Assembly: GCA_964016885.1 (NCBI GenBank)
Contig: OZ024756.1
Coordinates: forward strand, 25,916,001 to 25,980,000
Direction of reading: 5' to 3'
From: Eledone cirrhosa
Lineage: Eukaryota
Length of the DNA: 64,000 nt
A program made the translations under genes and the position numbers. Of the stretch, positions 63,452 to 64,000 are shown piece by piece. Numbering within the stretch: position 1 is the first letter of the stretch; each line of letters starts with the position of its first letter. Under the pieces are notes generated by a model that made no database searches, was not told the DNA's origin, and saw only the letters and a program-made list of their open reading frames with translations.

Positions 63452-64000
63452 CTGTCAAAAATGGAACAAAAAGGGTTTTAGGTTCAAACCCTGTCACGGT
63501 CAACTTTACTCTTCATTATTTCAGGGATTAATGAAATAAAATAGCAATCCAGGAGAAATGGATTGCTAGACTTTTAGAGCTTTGTACAAGATTTTGTTTG
63601 ATGCTTTAAAAGCAGTGATGACCAAACTGAGACAACGTAAAGTAGAGAGAACCCTTTGGCCCTATCAAGGACTTGACAGAAAATCTCTCAGAATATACCC
63701 AATACACTAGGGCCAAAATAAAATACACCCAATCTACTTTGTAAAGTGGTATTGCTAGTACTGCATTAAAATGTACTGTCTACCCAATAAAGTGGCGATG
63801 TTGGTGCCATGATAAAATGCTCCCTATACACTCGGTAAAGTGGTTGACATTAGGGAGGTCATCCAGTTGTAGGAAGCATACCAAAATATGGAATGATTGA
63901 GCAAGACATGATTCTCTGATTTGTCTAGTCTTGGACTGTGATAACCTGTCCAGCCTATGATAGCATGGACAACAGACATAAAATGATGGTGATGATGATG

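Overview
AT-rich, intron-rich eukaryotic DNA; the (TA)n tracts and SINE/LINE repertoire suggest an octopus-like cephalopod (inference). I reconstructed three protein-coding genes by hand. (1) An intronless TPR gene on the minus strand (2639-4942, 767 aa) matching FANCG motifs. (2) A complete 32-exon NSMAF/FAN gene (GRAM/PH-BEACH-WD40; plus strand, 6618-44595, 921 aa), head-to-head with the FANCG-like gene. (3) The 3' 20 exons of a NOMO gene (minus strand, 45089 to beyond the window end), tail-to-tail with NSMAF, with poly(A) signals that predict overlapping 3' ends. The introns hold RTE and CR1 LINE pieces (one 5'-truncated RTE with an open RT ORF and a PHD-like finger), two tRNA-derived SINE families, piggyBac-, Tc1/pogo- and hAT-like MITEs, Helitron remnants, (TA)n-associated fold-back elements with hammerhead-like motifs, and minisatellites that often start at splice sites. 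Most other ORFs in the track are repeat artefacts. All homology calls come from remembered motifs; no searches were run.
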